In this document: piece after piece, positions 37,736 to 48,622 of the stretch
Layout of the letters: every line of letters begins with the position of its first letter
How positions within the stretch are numbered: the first letter of the stretch is position 1
From: Candidatus Poribacteria bacterium
GTDB taxonomy: Bacteria > Poribacteria > WGA-4E > JAJDTR01
Direction: 5' to 3'
DNA length: 64,000 nt
Assembly (NCBI GenBank): GCA_022827055.1
Contig: JAJDTR010000083.1
Location: 113-64,112 of the forward strand
Notes under the pieces: model-generated
Database searches by the model: none
Told to the model about the DNA's origin: nothing
Seen by the model: only the letters and a program-made list of their open reading frames with translations
Position numbers and translations under genes: made by a program

Positions 37736-38962
37736 ATGCTAGACTTCAAACCGCCAAAAGAAAACAGGCTCGTAATCGGAAGCGTCAAGTCGCTGCTACC
37801 TCTCCTCATGCGCCTCACAACAAAGGTTTCCCATGTCGATATCGACTCCGAATCTCTCGACAAGCTAAAATCGACTGACGGCTATCCGACCATTCTGGTG
37901 CCGAACCACCCCTCCCGCGCCGACCCGCACGTGTTGTTCGCCCTGTCAACTCGCTACGGCGAACGATTCCGGTACATGTGCGCACGAGAGACCTTTGATC
38001 GCAAGATAGCCGGTCTGAAATTGAGAGGGTTCTTCATGACGCGGCTCGGCGTCTACTCCGTGATACGCGGCGCCGTAGACCGGGACTCGTTTCGGATGAC
38101 GCGCGAAACGCTCGCCAAAGGGGGGCGGAAGCTGGTCATCTTCGGCGAAGGCGAAATCTCCCACCAGAACGAGACCATCATGCCGTTCGAGAGCGGGATT
38201 GTGCAGTTCGGCTTGTGGGCGCTCAACGACATGGAAAAGGCGGGAGATCTAAAACCCCTCTATCTCGTGCCTGTAGGAATAAAATATGTCTACAAAAACG
38301 ACATGTGGGGTCAAATCGAGGAGTCGATTACCAATCTGGAGCAGAGCGTCCTGCCCGACCCTGCCGACCACCCCAAAGACCTGTACGACCGCGTGAAGAA
38401 CCTCGGAGGCAGCCTGCTGGCGATACTGGCGAGAGAGTACCACCTGCGCTTTGGCAAAGAGAGTTCACTCAACGAACGCATCCAGCAGATGCGCGAGCAC
38501 ATTCTGTCGCAGATGGAGAGCTTTTTGGAGCTCTCCCCTCAATCCGACCGGAATCCGCTCAGGCGGGTGCGGGCAATCCAGAATCGAATCGACGAGGAGA
38601 TTTACCGGGATGTGGATGAGATGACGGAGTACGAGAGGGGAGTTCACGCGCAGCGCGTTGACAAGTTTCGACAGTTCTACACCGACGTCCGCCGTATCGT
38701 GAACTCGATTGCAATCTACGAAGGCTACATCGGCGAAGATCCCTCCCAAGAGCGCTTCCTGGAGGTCATCACGCGCCTCGAGGTAGAAGTCTACGGCAGA
38801 TCAAACGTCAAAGGTCCCTTGGATGCCTTCCTGCGAATCGGATCGCCCAAGAACCTCTTGGATTCCTACGAGACCTACAAAAAACAGAAAAGACAGACGA
38901 CCCAACAAATCACCCTTGAATTGGAAACCGACGTTCAGAACATCATTGCAGGCATGCCATAG
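37736..38962 (+). CDS. PlsC-type lysophospholipid acyltransferase
   Basis: PNHPSRAD (HX4D), IFGEGEIS, VPVGIKY. Confidence 0.8.
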   Translation: MLDFKPPKENRLVIGSVKSLLPLLMRLTTKVSHVDIDSESLDKLKSTDGYPTILVPNHPSRADPHVLFALSTRYGERFRYMCARETFDRKIAGLKLRGFFMTRLGVYSVIRGAVDRDSFRMTRETLAKGGRKLVIFGEGEISHQNETIMPFESGIVQFGLWALNDMEKAGDLKPLYLVPVGIKYVYKNDMWGQIEESITNLEQSVLPDPADHPKDLYDRVKNLGGSLLAILAREYHLRFGKESSLNERIQQMREHILSQMESFLELSPQSDRNPLRRVRAIQNRIDEEIYRDVDEMTEYERGVHAQRVDKFRQFYTDVRRIVNSIAIYEGYIGEDPSQERFLEVITRLEVEVYGRSNVKGPLDAFLRIGSPKNLLDSYETYKKQKRQTTQQITLELETDVQNIIAGMP

Positions 38963-39049
38963 GTTTGACTTAAGGTAAGTGTTTAGTGGCTAGTGATTAG
39001 TGGTCAGTGAAACCCCTAAAACCTCGATTATCTTCTAATCATTACATCA

Positions 39050-39077
39050 GTAGGGAACGCAGATCTGCGTTCCCTAC
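39050..39077. repeat. Perfect 28-bp GTAG palindrome (REP)
   Basis: GTAGGGAACGCAGA|TCTGCGTTCCCTAC. Confidence 0.75.
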
Positions 39078-39294
39078 GCCGCCAAACGGGGCCTCATCCC
39101 TCTCCAGCGTAAGACCAAGAAAGCCAATAAAGTCCATAGCCCCCATGGAGATTCTCTACAACTCACGACGGAACCGATCTTGATTATCACGTATCTCGTT
39201 TTCCCGTTTTCTTGTCTTCTCGTTTTCGCCCTCCTGCAACACTGGTCTAAAGCGGGTGAACGCCATGCCGTTGCTCCAACCTCGGAAAGGCCTC

Positions 39295-40470
39295 CTACTC
39301 CTCTCCTGCCGCCGCTTGCCTCTCCAACTCGCCGCGCCAACCCAATACTTGCCCAGCCTTGATGTTGTTGATATCATATCCGGTGTAGCGGTCCTCTAGC
39401 GTATTCCCCAATTTCACCGTCTCCGCCCATCGATCCCACGTCGTCTTCATCCACTCGTGCGGCAGTGCCTCTCGCACGGCAGGATCCAGTTGCCATGCGT
39501 TGCGCACGTCCGACACGGCCGGCTCTTCCGTGAAAGGTCCCGACCATTTACTCCAACCGATTGCCAACGTGTTGCGCTCGCGATCGGGAACAGTGTGCCC
39601 CGTGTGAATGGTAGCGCCGTTCCGGATGAGCGCTTCGCCGGGCTTCAACCGAATGGCAACCTGATTCGGCAGCGGATCGGTGCCGTTCCAACTTGGGGTG
39701 TACGGTACGCCCTGATCCTTCATGGCTTTCGGAAGCAGCACATCGTGTTCAAACGGCGTACGCCACCGGTGGTGACTTCCGGGAATCAGTTCATGGCACT
39801 CATCGTCGGTAAGGGCAAGAAACATTCCGACACCCTTTCTTTCAGAGATCGATTTCAAGTTTTCCTCTTGGATCTCTTTCCAACGCCGCCTTTCGACCTC
39901 CTCCGAAAAGGCTTCGGGGCCCTCCTGTACCGGCCGCTGCGCGAAGTAGCCCGCTCCGGAACCCCACCAGGTCGTATCGCGATGCCAACTGGGACCACTC
40001 TCGTTCTTCCTCGGATTGCACCAGAGAAGCATCGGACTCATCACGAGATCCTCCGGTTCCAATCCGTGGCACCAGTCATGCACAAAGCGGAGGAACTCCG
40101 GCGATCCGTAGAATTCGGCAAAACTCGACTCGCCGAAAGCCGGATGGATTATTCCGCGAATTGCCCACGGTTCATCTTCTGCCGCGCGATGCACATAGCC
40201 CTTCGAACTATCAATCTTACTGTAGCCGTTCTCGGGGGCGCACGCCTCCGTGACGCGCCTGCCGGCTTCACGCAGAATCGGAATCCACGGGCTGTCGACA
40301 AAGTCGGTGACAATCACGAAACCGTGCTCTTTGAAGTGTTCCAAACGTTCAGGTGTCGCACCGGGCGCCGCAAGCTCCGGCTTCGAATCCGCGAATGCCG
40401 TGGCACGGTAGTATTTGGGCGCCTCTTCAGAATCCGCCGCCTTAGGTGATCTATAGACATCCATTTTCAT
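39295..40470 (-). CDS. Phytanoyl-CoA dioxygenase (PhyH) family Fe(II)/2OG enzyme
   Basis: FKEHGF, WHRD, IPGSH, LKPGE...IHTG; start at 40470 after GGAGGA. Confidence 0.8.
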   Translation of the reverse strand: MKMDVYRSPKAADSEEAPKYYRATAFADSKPELAAPGATPERLEHFKEHGFVIVTDFVDSPWIPILREAGRRVTEACAPENGYSKIDSSKGYVHRAAEDEPWAIRGIIHPAFGESSFAEFYGSPEFLRFVHDWCHGLEPEDLVMSPMLLWCNPRKNESGPSWHRDTTWWGSGAGYFAQRPVQEGPEAFSEEVERRRWKEIQEENLKSISERKGVGMFLALTDDECHELIPGSHHRWRTPFEHDVLLPKAMKDQGVPYTPSWNGTDPLPNQVAIRLKPGEALIRNGATIHTGHTVPDRERNTLAIGWSKWSGPFTEEPAVSDVRNAWQLDPAVREALPHEWMKTTWDRWAETVKLGNTLEDRYTGYDINNIKAGQVLGWRGELERQAAAGEE

Positions 40471-40627
40471 TCCTCCCAACCGATTCCGGTACCATAACGT
40501 TGGCATGGGAATAGGGGTGATCGCCGACAAGATACGGTAATCACCCACAGGTTTCGAACATGAAGAATTCTATTCCGATTATAACAGATACAACTGCCCT
40601 ACGTATACGGAATTATCGTACCTCCTT

Positions 40628-40653
40628 GTAGGGGACGGGCCCTGTGCCGTCCC
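40628..40653 (+). repeat. GTAG-type REP
   Basis: GTAGGGGACGGGCCCTGTGCCGTCCC. Confidence 0.55.
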
Positions 40654-40754
40654 ATATTCCAGCCTTCCAATCCCTTCCCCAATCCTCTCTTTCCTCCACC
40701 CCCTAGTTATAACACCCTAGACCAAAATCGAGACGGCGGAAGATTCCATTCCGC

Positions 40755-40783
40755 TTGACGAACTTGCGCGAATAAGGTATTAT
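40755..40783 (+). promoter_or_regulatory. Putative sigma70 promoter
   Basis: TTGACG-17 nt-TATTAT. Confidence 0.5.
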
Positions 40784-40829
40784 TTGAGGTTACATTCTGT
40801 CCCGTGTTCGAATTTCCCAACGTATTTGG

Positions 40830-42266
40830 GTGATGCCAATGAGCCAACAGAAGACCGTTCTGGTTGTCAATCCGGATCAGAGAGAGCGTGAAACCGTATG
40901 CCGCGCGCTTGAGGGTGAGGGGCTCCGCCTTGTCATCACCCGGAACATGTATGAGGCGCTTGATCGAGTAGATCGGCTTGGAATTGACATTCTGGTTGCG
41001 CCGCTTAAGGCAGACCGGCTTGACGGGTTGCAACTGATGGAAGCCGCTCGGCAAAAGTACCCCGACGTCGGCGTGGTATTCATGACCACTCATGATGTCC
41101 TGCAGACAGATGTAGGCATAAAGGCTATGCTTCACCATGAAGCAAGTTACTTTTTGCCGAAGCCCCCGAATCCCATCCACTTGAAAGCGCTTCTGCACAA
41201 GATTCTTGAAAACCAGCGCCTTACCGCAGAAAACCGACAATTACAGTCCCAGATTGACGAAAGAGAGGGTTTGCTCCGACTGACCGGCCACTCCCAACAC
41301 ATCCAGGAGGTTCGGGAGATTATTGCACAGGTTGCTCCCACGAAATCGACGGTAATGATTCGCGGTGAACGCGGCAGCGGAAAGGAGCTAGTCGCCCGCG
41401 CCATTCATTATCGAAGTTTACGCAGAGGACCGCTTGTCGTCTTCAATTGCGCCGCGCTGAACGAGGGTCTTGCAGAATCGGAACTCTTTGGATATGAACG
41501 GGGTGCATTCACGGGAGCCGATCAGCAACGAAAGGGAAAATTTGAATCGGCTAACGGCGGTACACTGCTGCTTGATGAAATCGGCGAGTTGAGTTTGCCG
41601 AACCAGGCTAGGCTACTGAGGGTGTTGGCGGAAAGGGAATTTCACCGCGTGGGCGGTAATGAGGTTGTAAAGGTGGATGTCCGAGTCGTCTGCGCAACAA
41701 ATCGAGATCTGGAGAAATCGGTTGAGGAAGGCAAATTTATGGCAGATCTCTACGATCGTCTTGACGTGATTTCGATATACTTGCCGCCGCTTCGCGAGCG
41801 AAAAGGAGATATACCGCTTCTAGTCAAAACCTTCATCGAGGAATTCTGCCAAGAGAACCGCAAAGCGTCGAAATTCATCTCCCAGGATGCGCAAAGGGCG
41901 CTCATGAAATTCGATTGGCCCGGGAACGTGCGCGACCTAAGAAACTGTATCGAAGGCATGGTCGTAATGTCTAACAGCCGTGAGTTGGATTTGGCGGATC
42001 TTCCGGAGCGCGTTCTCAAATTCACCGGAATCGGTACCCCCATTGTGTTCTCCGCGCCGACCGCTGTGAATGCAGATCCAGCCGTGGATTCCGACCGCCG
42101 TTTGAACCTTGAAGTCGGAATGTCGATGGAGGAAATCAAAGAGGAAGCCATACGAGCAACACTCGACTACGTCGGAAACAACCGAGCCAAGGCAGCCAAT
42201 ATCTTGGGCGTCAACAAGAGAACCATCTTTAGGAAAATCAAGGAATACGACCTGTGCAACGATTAA
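40830..42266 (+). CDS. Sigma54-dependent enhancer-binding protein with a degenerate receiver domain
   Basis: GERGSGKE, ESELFG-x-ERGAFTGA, LLDEIG, WPGNVRDL, Fis-type HTH. Confidence 0.9.
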   Translation: MMPMSQQKTVLVVNPDQRERETVCRALEGEGLRLVITRNMYEALDRVDRLGIDILVAPLKADRLDGLQLMEAARQKYPDVGVVFMTTHDVLQTDVGIKAMLHHEASYFLPKPPNPIHLKALLHKILENQRLTAENRQLQSQIDEREGLLRLTGHSQHIQEVREIIAQVAPTKSTVMIRGERGSGKELVARAIHYRSLRRGPLVVFNCAALNEGLAESELFGYERGAFTGADQQRKGKFESANGGTLLLDEIGELSLPNQARLLRVLAEREFHRVGGNEVVKVDVRVVCATNRDLEKSVEEGKFMADLYDRLDVISIYLPPLRERKGDIPLLVKTFIEEFCQENRKASKFISQDAQRALMKFDWPGNVRDLRNCIEGMVVMSNSRELDLADLPERVLKFTGIGTPIVFSAPTAVNADPAVDSDRRLNLEVGMSMEEIKEEAIRATLDYVGNNRAKAANILGVNKRTIFRKIKEYDLCND

Positions 42267-43006
42267 CGAGGCTTGCCGCGTGCGGCTTAATATTGCTCAT
42301 ACTTCTGATTTCCGGAAGCGCGGAGTTGCTTGCCCAAGAGACAGATCCCGATGCACGTTCGTCCGGGTTGTTCTCCGCAATCGTATGGGTCGTTGTGTGG
42401 ATAGCGGTTTTCGCCGCTATTGGACTGGGAGTCTACGCATGGATTGGAAAAAGGCGCCACCGATTCTCCCACGGTGTCCGCCGCATGCCCCGGTTTAACC
42501 TCCCTAGTGGTGTGCCCACCAATCCAAGAAGATCGGCGGCACCGCCGCAGGCTTCACAACCCGAGTCGGAAGGGGAGCAGCTTATTCCCGCAGCCCCCCA
42601 GGAGAATACACCTGAAGCCTTGTCGCTTCGTGAACTGAATCAAATTTCCTCTCATCATTCTCATAAAGGGTTCCACGAGTATTACAACAGAATCTCCTCA
42701 ATCGTGAAGCGGTATGTTGAGCAGAAATACGGTGTTAAGGCGCTAGACGCCACAACCGGGGAAATCTTGGGATCGCTGCCCCACGATCTAACAAGCTCAG
42801 TGGCGGATCATGTTGGTGAAATTCTTCGGACGTGCGACATGATCCATCTTTCGGGTCATCGTCCCAGTCGATCGGATTTGCGGGACATCTATCGCACCAC
42901 AAAAGAATTCTTTGAACGCCAGATGGAGGTGTCCTCTGATAGGAACAATACGGATGATGAGGATAATTTGGAGGAATTAACGAAGCACTACCGGCGGATG
43001 GTGTGA
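42254..43006 (+). CDS. Hypothetical membrane protein (BatD/DUF4129-like C-terminus)
   Basis: Signal peptide, TM helix, Pro-rich linker, ISSIVKRYVEQKYGVKALDATTGE helical domain. Confidence 0.5.
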   Translation: MQRLTRLAACGLILLILLISGSAELLAQETDPDARSSGLFSAIVWVVVWIAVFAAIGLGVYAWIGKRRHRFSHGVRRMPRFNLPSGVPTNPRRSAAPPQASQPESEGEQLIPAAPQENTPEALSLRELNQISSHHSHKGFHEYYNRISSIVKRYVEQKYGVKALDATTGEILGSLPHDLTSSVADHVGEILRTCDMIHLSGHRPSRSDLRDIYRTTKEFFERQMEVSSDRNNTDDEDNLEELTKHYRRMV

Positions 43007-43121
43007 GACAATGCGTAGTGTGTGACGGGATGAAGCAGTGATAATTGGCAATGCCGCGCTACATATACATGGCGGCCGCCCAAAGTCGGATACGCAGGGG
43101 CGACAGTGCGCAGCGCAGTTT

Positions 43122-43529
43122 TTACGAGGAATTGGCGACATTTACACGATTCTTGGCGCGTACCAATGCGGCTTCCGCGCGTTCTCGGTTCATCCCCGAA
43201 TCTCCCGAAGCCAGATGCTCTTGAGCCCGTTGAAGAGCCGTCTCTGCGCGTTCAACATCAATTTCATGCGCCCATTCCGCCGTGTCGGACAATACCGTGA
43301 CCCCTGTCCGCAAGACCTCGAAAACCCCGCCGCTGATCGCGAGTGACTGGGGTGTATCGGTCTCTCGGACACGAATCTCGCCCGTTTCCAAAATCGTCAA
43401 GAAAGGAATGTGACCGGGAAGAATTTCAAATGAGCCCAGTTCCCCGGGCGCTTTGACGCTGCTTACATCGCCCTCATAGATGAGTTTCTGCGGTGTTCGG
43501 ATTTCGAGGTGAAATCTTCTTTCAAGCAT
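43122..43529 (-). CDS. atpC: ATP synthase F1 epsilon
   Basis: EIRTP, GSFEILPGH, ISGG, EIDVERA. Confidence 0.95.
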   Translation of the reverse strand: MLERRFHLEIRTPQKLIYEGDVSSVKAPGELGSFEILPGHIPFLTILETGEIRVRETDTPQSLAISGGVFEVLRTGVTVLSDTAEWAHEIDVERAETALQRAQEHLASGDSGMNRERAEAALVRAKNRVNVANSS

Positions 43530-43604
43530 GGCTATTCACGTAAAATAGGGATTCAATGTTGAGTGGTCGATGTTAGAGACCGACCGCTGTTTTTTGCATG
43601 CAAC

Positions 43605-45017
<1,413 letters not shown>

Positions 45018-45073
45018 TTATCTTCCTTTCCGTAAAGTGTGTATTTCGTTCATTATGCAGACAAACTCTTCTC

Positions 45074-45547
45074 CTAAAGGCTCGGGCACTCCTCTCGAAA
45101 TCGAGCTACCGTGGCGTTGAGGTTGACCATTGACTTCTGTCGACCGCATCCTGGCGCGGTAAGATTACATCTGAGAATCTTTTGGTTAAGCCCCTTCAGT
45201 TGGCTTACGTATGCCGCTAGTGCCCGTGCTCGTTCAAGTTCAAAAACCCGACGTACCCTGTCGCTTTTGAGTGGATGGGCGTGAATCGCCACTTCCAGAT
45301 GTCGGCGCCGCCGTTTGATGTTCCGCAGCAGCTTTCCGGATTGTTCACGCTCGGCACGAATTTCTTTGTCCACTTCTATCCAACGCGGCGCAAATCCGTT
45401 GTCTTTGAGCATCTGGTTGACAATCCGAGTCTTACGCGGAACATAAGCGTTGTCTTCTAACTCCTGCCGCTTTCCCATTCCGGGCAAATCCTCAAAGTCT
45501 CCGCGATCGATTGCCTCTTGAATCTGTTTGTCAACATCGTAAAGCAT
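45074..45547 (-). CDS. DUF1992 (DnaJ-associated domain) protein
   Basis: VDKQIQEAIDRGDFEDLPGMGK...MLKDNGFAPRWIE; start reassigned to 45547. Confidence 0.75.
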   Translation of the reverse strand: MLYDVDKQIQEAIDRGDFEDLPGMGKRQELEDNAYVPRKTRIVNQMLKDNGFAPRWIEVDKEIRAEREQSGKLLRNIKRRRRHLEVAIHAHPLKSDRVRRVFELERARALAAYVSQLKGLNQKILRCNLTAPGCGRQKSMVNLNATVARFREECPSL

Positions 45548-45584
45548 GTGTTGATTTTCTTGGCACCCCCCGTCCGCAAATCGC

Positions 45585-45983
45585 CTAGTCGTCAAAGTGA
45601 TAGACAATCTTGTCGAATCGGTCACACGCGAAGGAAAACACGAATACCAATGGTTCATTTCCGGTGCACCACACAGCGTGTTTGGCATTAGATGGAATGT
45701 AGACCGCCGATCCCGGTCCGATGTCTGATTGGTGACCGTCGATTTCCATGGTTCCCTTCCCGCTGACGATGTAATAGGTCTCCGGGGGTTCGTGGTGGTG
45801 AAGGGGCAGCCGAGTGCCGACCGGAAACTCCGCTATGCCGGTGACTAATCCGTCGCTTGGACCCCGCTCGCCGGATATAAGGATTTTCCACCGAATCGCA
45901 CTCTTGGCAGCGAGTTCCGCGTCATCCCACCCCTCCCATGACTGCTCCGACCGATTGATGACCATCGGCATCGATGTGCTCAA
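45585..45983 (-). CDS. Cupin protein resembling DddK/DddW DMSP lyases
   Basis: RWKILI, GIAEF, LHHHEPPETY, YIPSNAKH, F-x-x-DRF...Y-x-F. Confidence 0.65.
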   Translation of the reverse strand: MSTSMPMVINRSEQSWEGWDDAELAAKSAIRWKILISGERGPSDGLVTGIAEFPVGTRLPLHHHEPPETYYIVSGKGTMEIDGHQSDIGPGSAVYIPSNAKHAVWCTGNEPLVFVFSFACDRFDKIVYHFDD

Positions 45984-46082
45984 ATGTCGCCTCCTACTCG
46001 CGCACCGTAAACACTAGCCCGATCATCGGCTTCCAACATCACTTCCTATTTCATGCCTGCGAAGTATTGACAACGCCATCGA

Positions 46083-46904
46083 CTATTCGTTGACGTAATC
46101 GGGCCGCATCTCAAAGGTCAGGACAGACGTGCGGCTGGTTCGATTAGGCAACTCCGCATTAACATGCTGCTGCACGTACGGGAGTTCTTGGTACGTGTTC
46201 GCTTCTTCATAGCTATCAAACTCGAACTCGACATACCGGTGTGGGGTTACGCCATAATAGTTGTCGTAAGACGCAATCCGCTTTACCTCTTCGGGGGCTT
46301 GCAGCATCGGCGCTATCGCGGCAATCCATTCCAGGTACTCAGTTTTTCCTCCAAGCGGATAGTCAACCAAGTAAACGGTCTTAACCTTACGGCTCGTGCT
46401 CTCGTTCTTTGAATAATCGCCGCGCTGAATGAATATATGCGTGCTCGCGCTGCCGGTGTAGTTTGGCAAATCGGCAGCGACCGCCGCGATTTCGGGGCGG
46501 TTCAGATAGTGCGCGAGATCGGCAAAACTGTCAAATTCGTACTCGACAAGCCGGTGTGGATTGGAACCGTCAACATTATCGTAAGACGCTACCCGGTTAA
46601 GTTCCTCTGGCGCTAGCAGTGTAGGTGCAACGGACGCGATCCATGCAACATACTCCTCTTTTCCGCCCAGCGGATAGTTGACTAACCACACCATTTTGAC
46701 CGGTACAGACTCCGCATCTACAGTTTCCATAATGGGTTCAGATGGAGGGTCCTCCATCGATATTTCCTCAATCGGCGTCGCTTCTATTACCGGATCCTCG
46801 GGCGACAGCGCGTCCGCCAAGATATTGGTGGCTTGCTCACAGCCGCTCAAAGCTATCAACGCTATCAGAACGACGATAATTGTCCCTCTTAATCCAAATA
46901 CCAT
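46083..46904 (-). CDS. Lipoprotein with two tandem EthD/DUF4286-like domains
   Basis: LSGC lipobox; duplicated YPLGGK-x-EY-x-x-WIA...APEE...ASYDN...PHR-x-VE unit; RBS AGGAGG. Confidence 0.6.
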   Translation of the reverse strand: MVFGLRGTIIVVLIALIALSGCEQATNILADALSPEDPVIEATPIEEISMEDPPSEPIMETVDAESVPVKMVWLVNYPLGGKEEYVAWIASVAPTLLAPEELNRVASYDNVDGSNPHRLVEYEFDSFADLAHYLNRPEIAAVAADLPNYTGSASTHIFIQRGDYSKNESTSRKVKTVYLVDYPLGGKTEYLEWIAAIAPMLQAPEEVKRIASYDNYYGVTPHRYVEFEFDSYEEANTYQELPYVQQHVNAELPNRTSRTSVLTFEMRPDYVNE

Positions 46905-46995
46905 TGGTTCTCCTCCTTTGACTAAACAACTTGGCACATCAACTGTTAAGAATAGTTTCACAACCGTTTAGATTGCAACTTTCCGATTCTTCCTC

Positions 46996-48612
46996 TCACT
47001 CGCTTGAGATATCCACACTCTCGGTTGTGGGATAGTAGTACCCCATGATAATAGCCATCTCGTCCTCGGACGTAAATCCGAAAGTAAGTGGAACGTTCCG
47101 ATCATAATTGTTGTGTGTACATTCGTAGGTAATCCCATCGTCTGCGTCAAGCACCAGCGGCGGATCGAACACCGTGATTGGCGCATCGTCGTACGCCATG
47201 CTTCGATGCAGCAAACTCCCCGTCGACAACTGAAAAATCTCAAACAACTCGCCGTGTCGGTGCATGTGAGACGTAATCATGACGAGGTTCAGCACGGTGT
47301 TCGGATCGTAACCGCGGCGTTCAATTTCCTCCCTTACGGTCTCGTCTCTTTTCGTTACACGAGTTGATCCCGGCGGAACAAAAATGTCGGTATTGGCTGA
47401 GAAAAGCTCGACCGCCTCGTGCTCAACCGCTTCCGGAGGGATGGTGTAGAAATTTACGTAAACCTCTCCCTCTATCGCTTCCGTGCCCAACAGATTCACG
47501 AAATGTGCGTTCAGGTCATAAATTGTGTCTCCCGCAAGCCGAAGCGCCACGCCTTCCGGAAATTGAAAAACCGTCTTTTCGCCGGTTTGGGTGCCCGTGA
47601 TGTAGACGCGGTGCTTGCCAAAATTTCCGAGCGCCTGTGGATTCCCAGGATCCAATACGCGGAACGAATCTTGCGGATTCACCCCGACTCCCGGAGTCAC
47701 CCCGACATTAAGTAGGTCATCTTCCAACGCCTTTTCTGTTAGCCGATACAGTATGAAGTGATGACTGCCGGTAGGATACGAAATCTCGTACTTGTTGACG
47801 AAGATATCCTCCTGTAACGGCTGTCCCGCAGCATCAGTGATCTGCCTAGCGTAGAAGACTTCTCGCTCCGTACCGGGTTCAATTCTAAAAGGCGGCATAT
47901 AAAGCTGATAACCTTCTCCGGGGAGCGGCGCCGGGAGCGGCTCAAAGGATTCAAGCGGGTCACGTAACAGGCTTAGATCGCCGATGCCGGTTAGCTTTTC
48001 ATTACGAGGTGCTCCCGCGGCAATCCACTGGCGAATTGCATCTACCTTGCCATCATGAAGCGGTCCCTCAGCCAACGGCATGCGGCCGCCCTGCCCCGGA
48101 GTTGTTGGTCCTACCAGCTTTGTTAAGAGAAAACTATTGTCCGGGTTGCCCGGATCAACACGCTTCATTCCGGCAGACGCCGCTGCAAGGTTTTGTGGTA
48201 CGCGACCAACCAAGTCTTGGTATGAAACACCGTTTGTGAGGTTTAAATTTCCGGCGTTAGTCGGAGCTGCATGACAGTAGCTTGCCGTACAACTCTTGTT
48301 GAAAATGTAGTCCTGAAAATCATGATAGGTTGAATTGTCAACCCCCGCTCGTTCGCCTAATCGGTTGGCAACTCGAACGAGATCCAAGATATTAGTCACG
48401 CCATCGCGATTGACATCCGGATTCTGCTCGGAACTCCGATCCACAGGCTGCCCTAAGGCGTTTGCCACAATGACGAGGTCCAAGATGTTCACGACGCCGT
48501 CATTGTTGACATCCTCCAACAGAGGGTTAACATCGCCGTGACCGAATGCGGATAAGCACCCGATAGCCAAGAACATGAAAACAATGGAAGAACAGACGAG
48601 AGTTTTAAACAT
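46996..48612 (-). CDS. Secreted dockerin-like + haem-c-like + copper type II monooxygenase-like fusion
   Basis: Two DVN-x-DGV-x-NILDLV repeats; CTASYCH and GGRMPL...QWIAAGA; SHHFILY, SHMHRHG, SEDEM. Confidence 0.7.
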   Translation of the reverse strand: MFKTLVCSSIVFMFLAIGCLSAFGHGDVNPLLEDVNNDGVVNILDLVIVANALGQPVDRSSEQNPDVNRDGVTNILDLVRVANRLGERAGVDNSTYHDFQDYIFNKSCTASYCHAAPTNAGNLNLTNGVSYQDLVGRVPQNLAAASAGMKRVDPGNPDNSFLLTKLVGPTTPGQGGRMPLAEGPLHDGKVDAIRQWIAAGAPRNEKLTGIGDLSLLRDPLESFEPLPAPLPGEGYQLYMPPFRIEPGTEREVFYARQITDAAGQPLQEDIFVNKYEISYPTGSHHFILYRLTEKALEDDLLNVGVTPGVGVNPQDSFRVLDPGNPQALGNFGKHRVYITGTQTGEKTVFQFPEGVALRLAGDTIYDLNAHFVNLLGTEAIEGEVYVNFYTIPPEAVEHEAVELFSANTDIFVPPGSTRVTKRDETVREEIERRGYDPNTVLNLVMITSHMHRHGELFEIFQLSTGSLLHRSMAYDDAPITVFDPPLVLDADDGITYECTHNNYDRNVPLTFGFTSEDEMAIIMGYYYPTTESVDISSE

Positions 48613-48622
48613 GACTAGGATT

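Noticed and set aside
39457-40449. 330-aa plus-strand ORF and the many other short overlapping ORFs in the track
   Set aside because: Antisense or alternate-frame shadows of well-supported genes with no recognisable motifs
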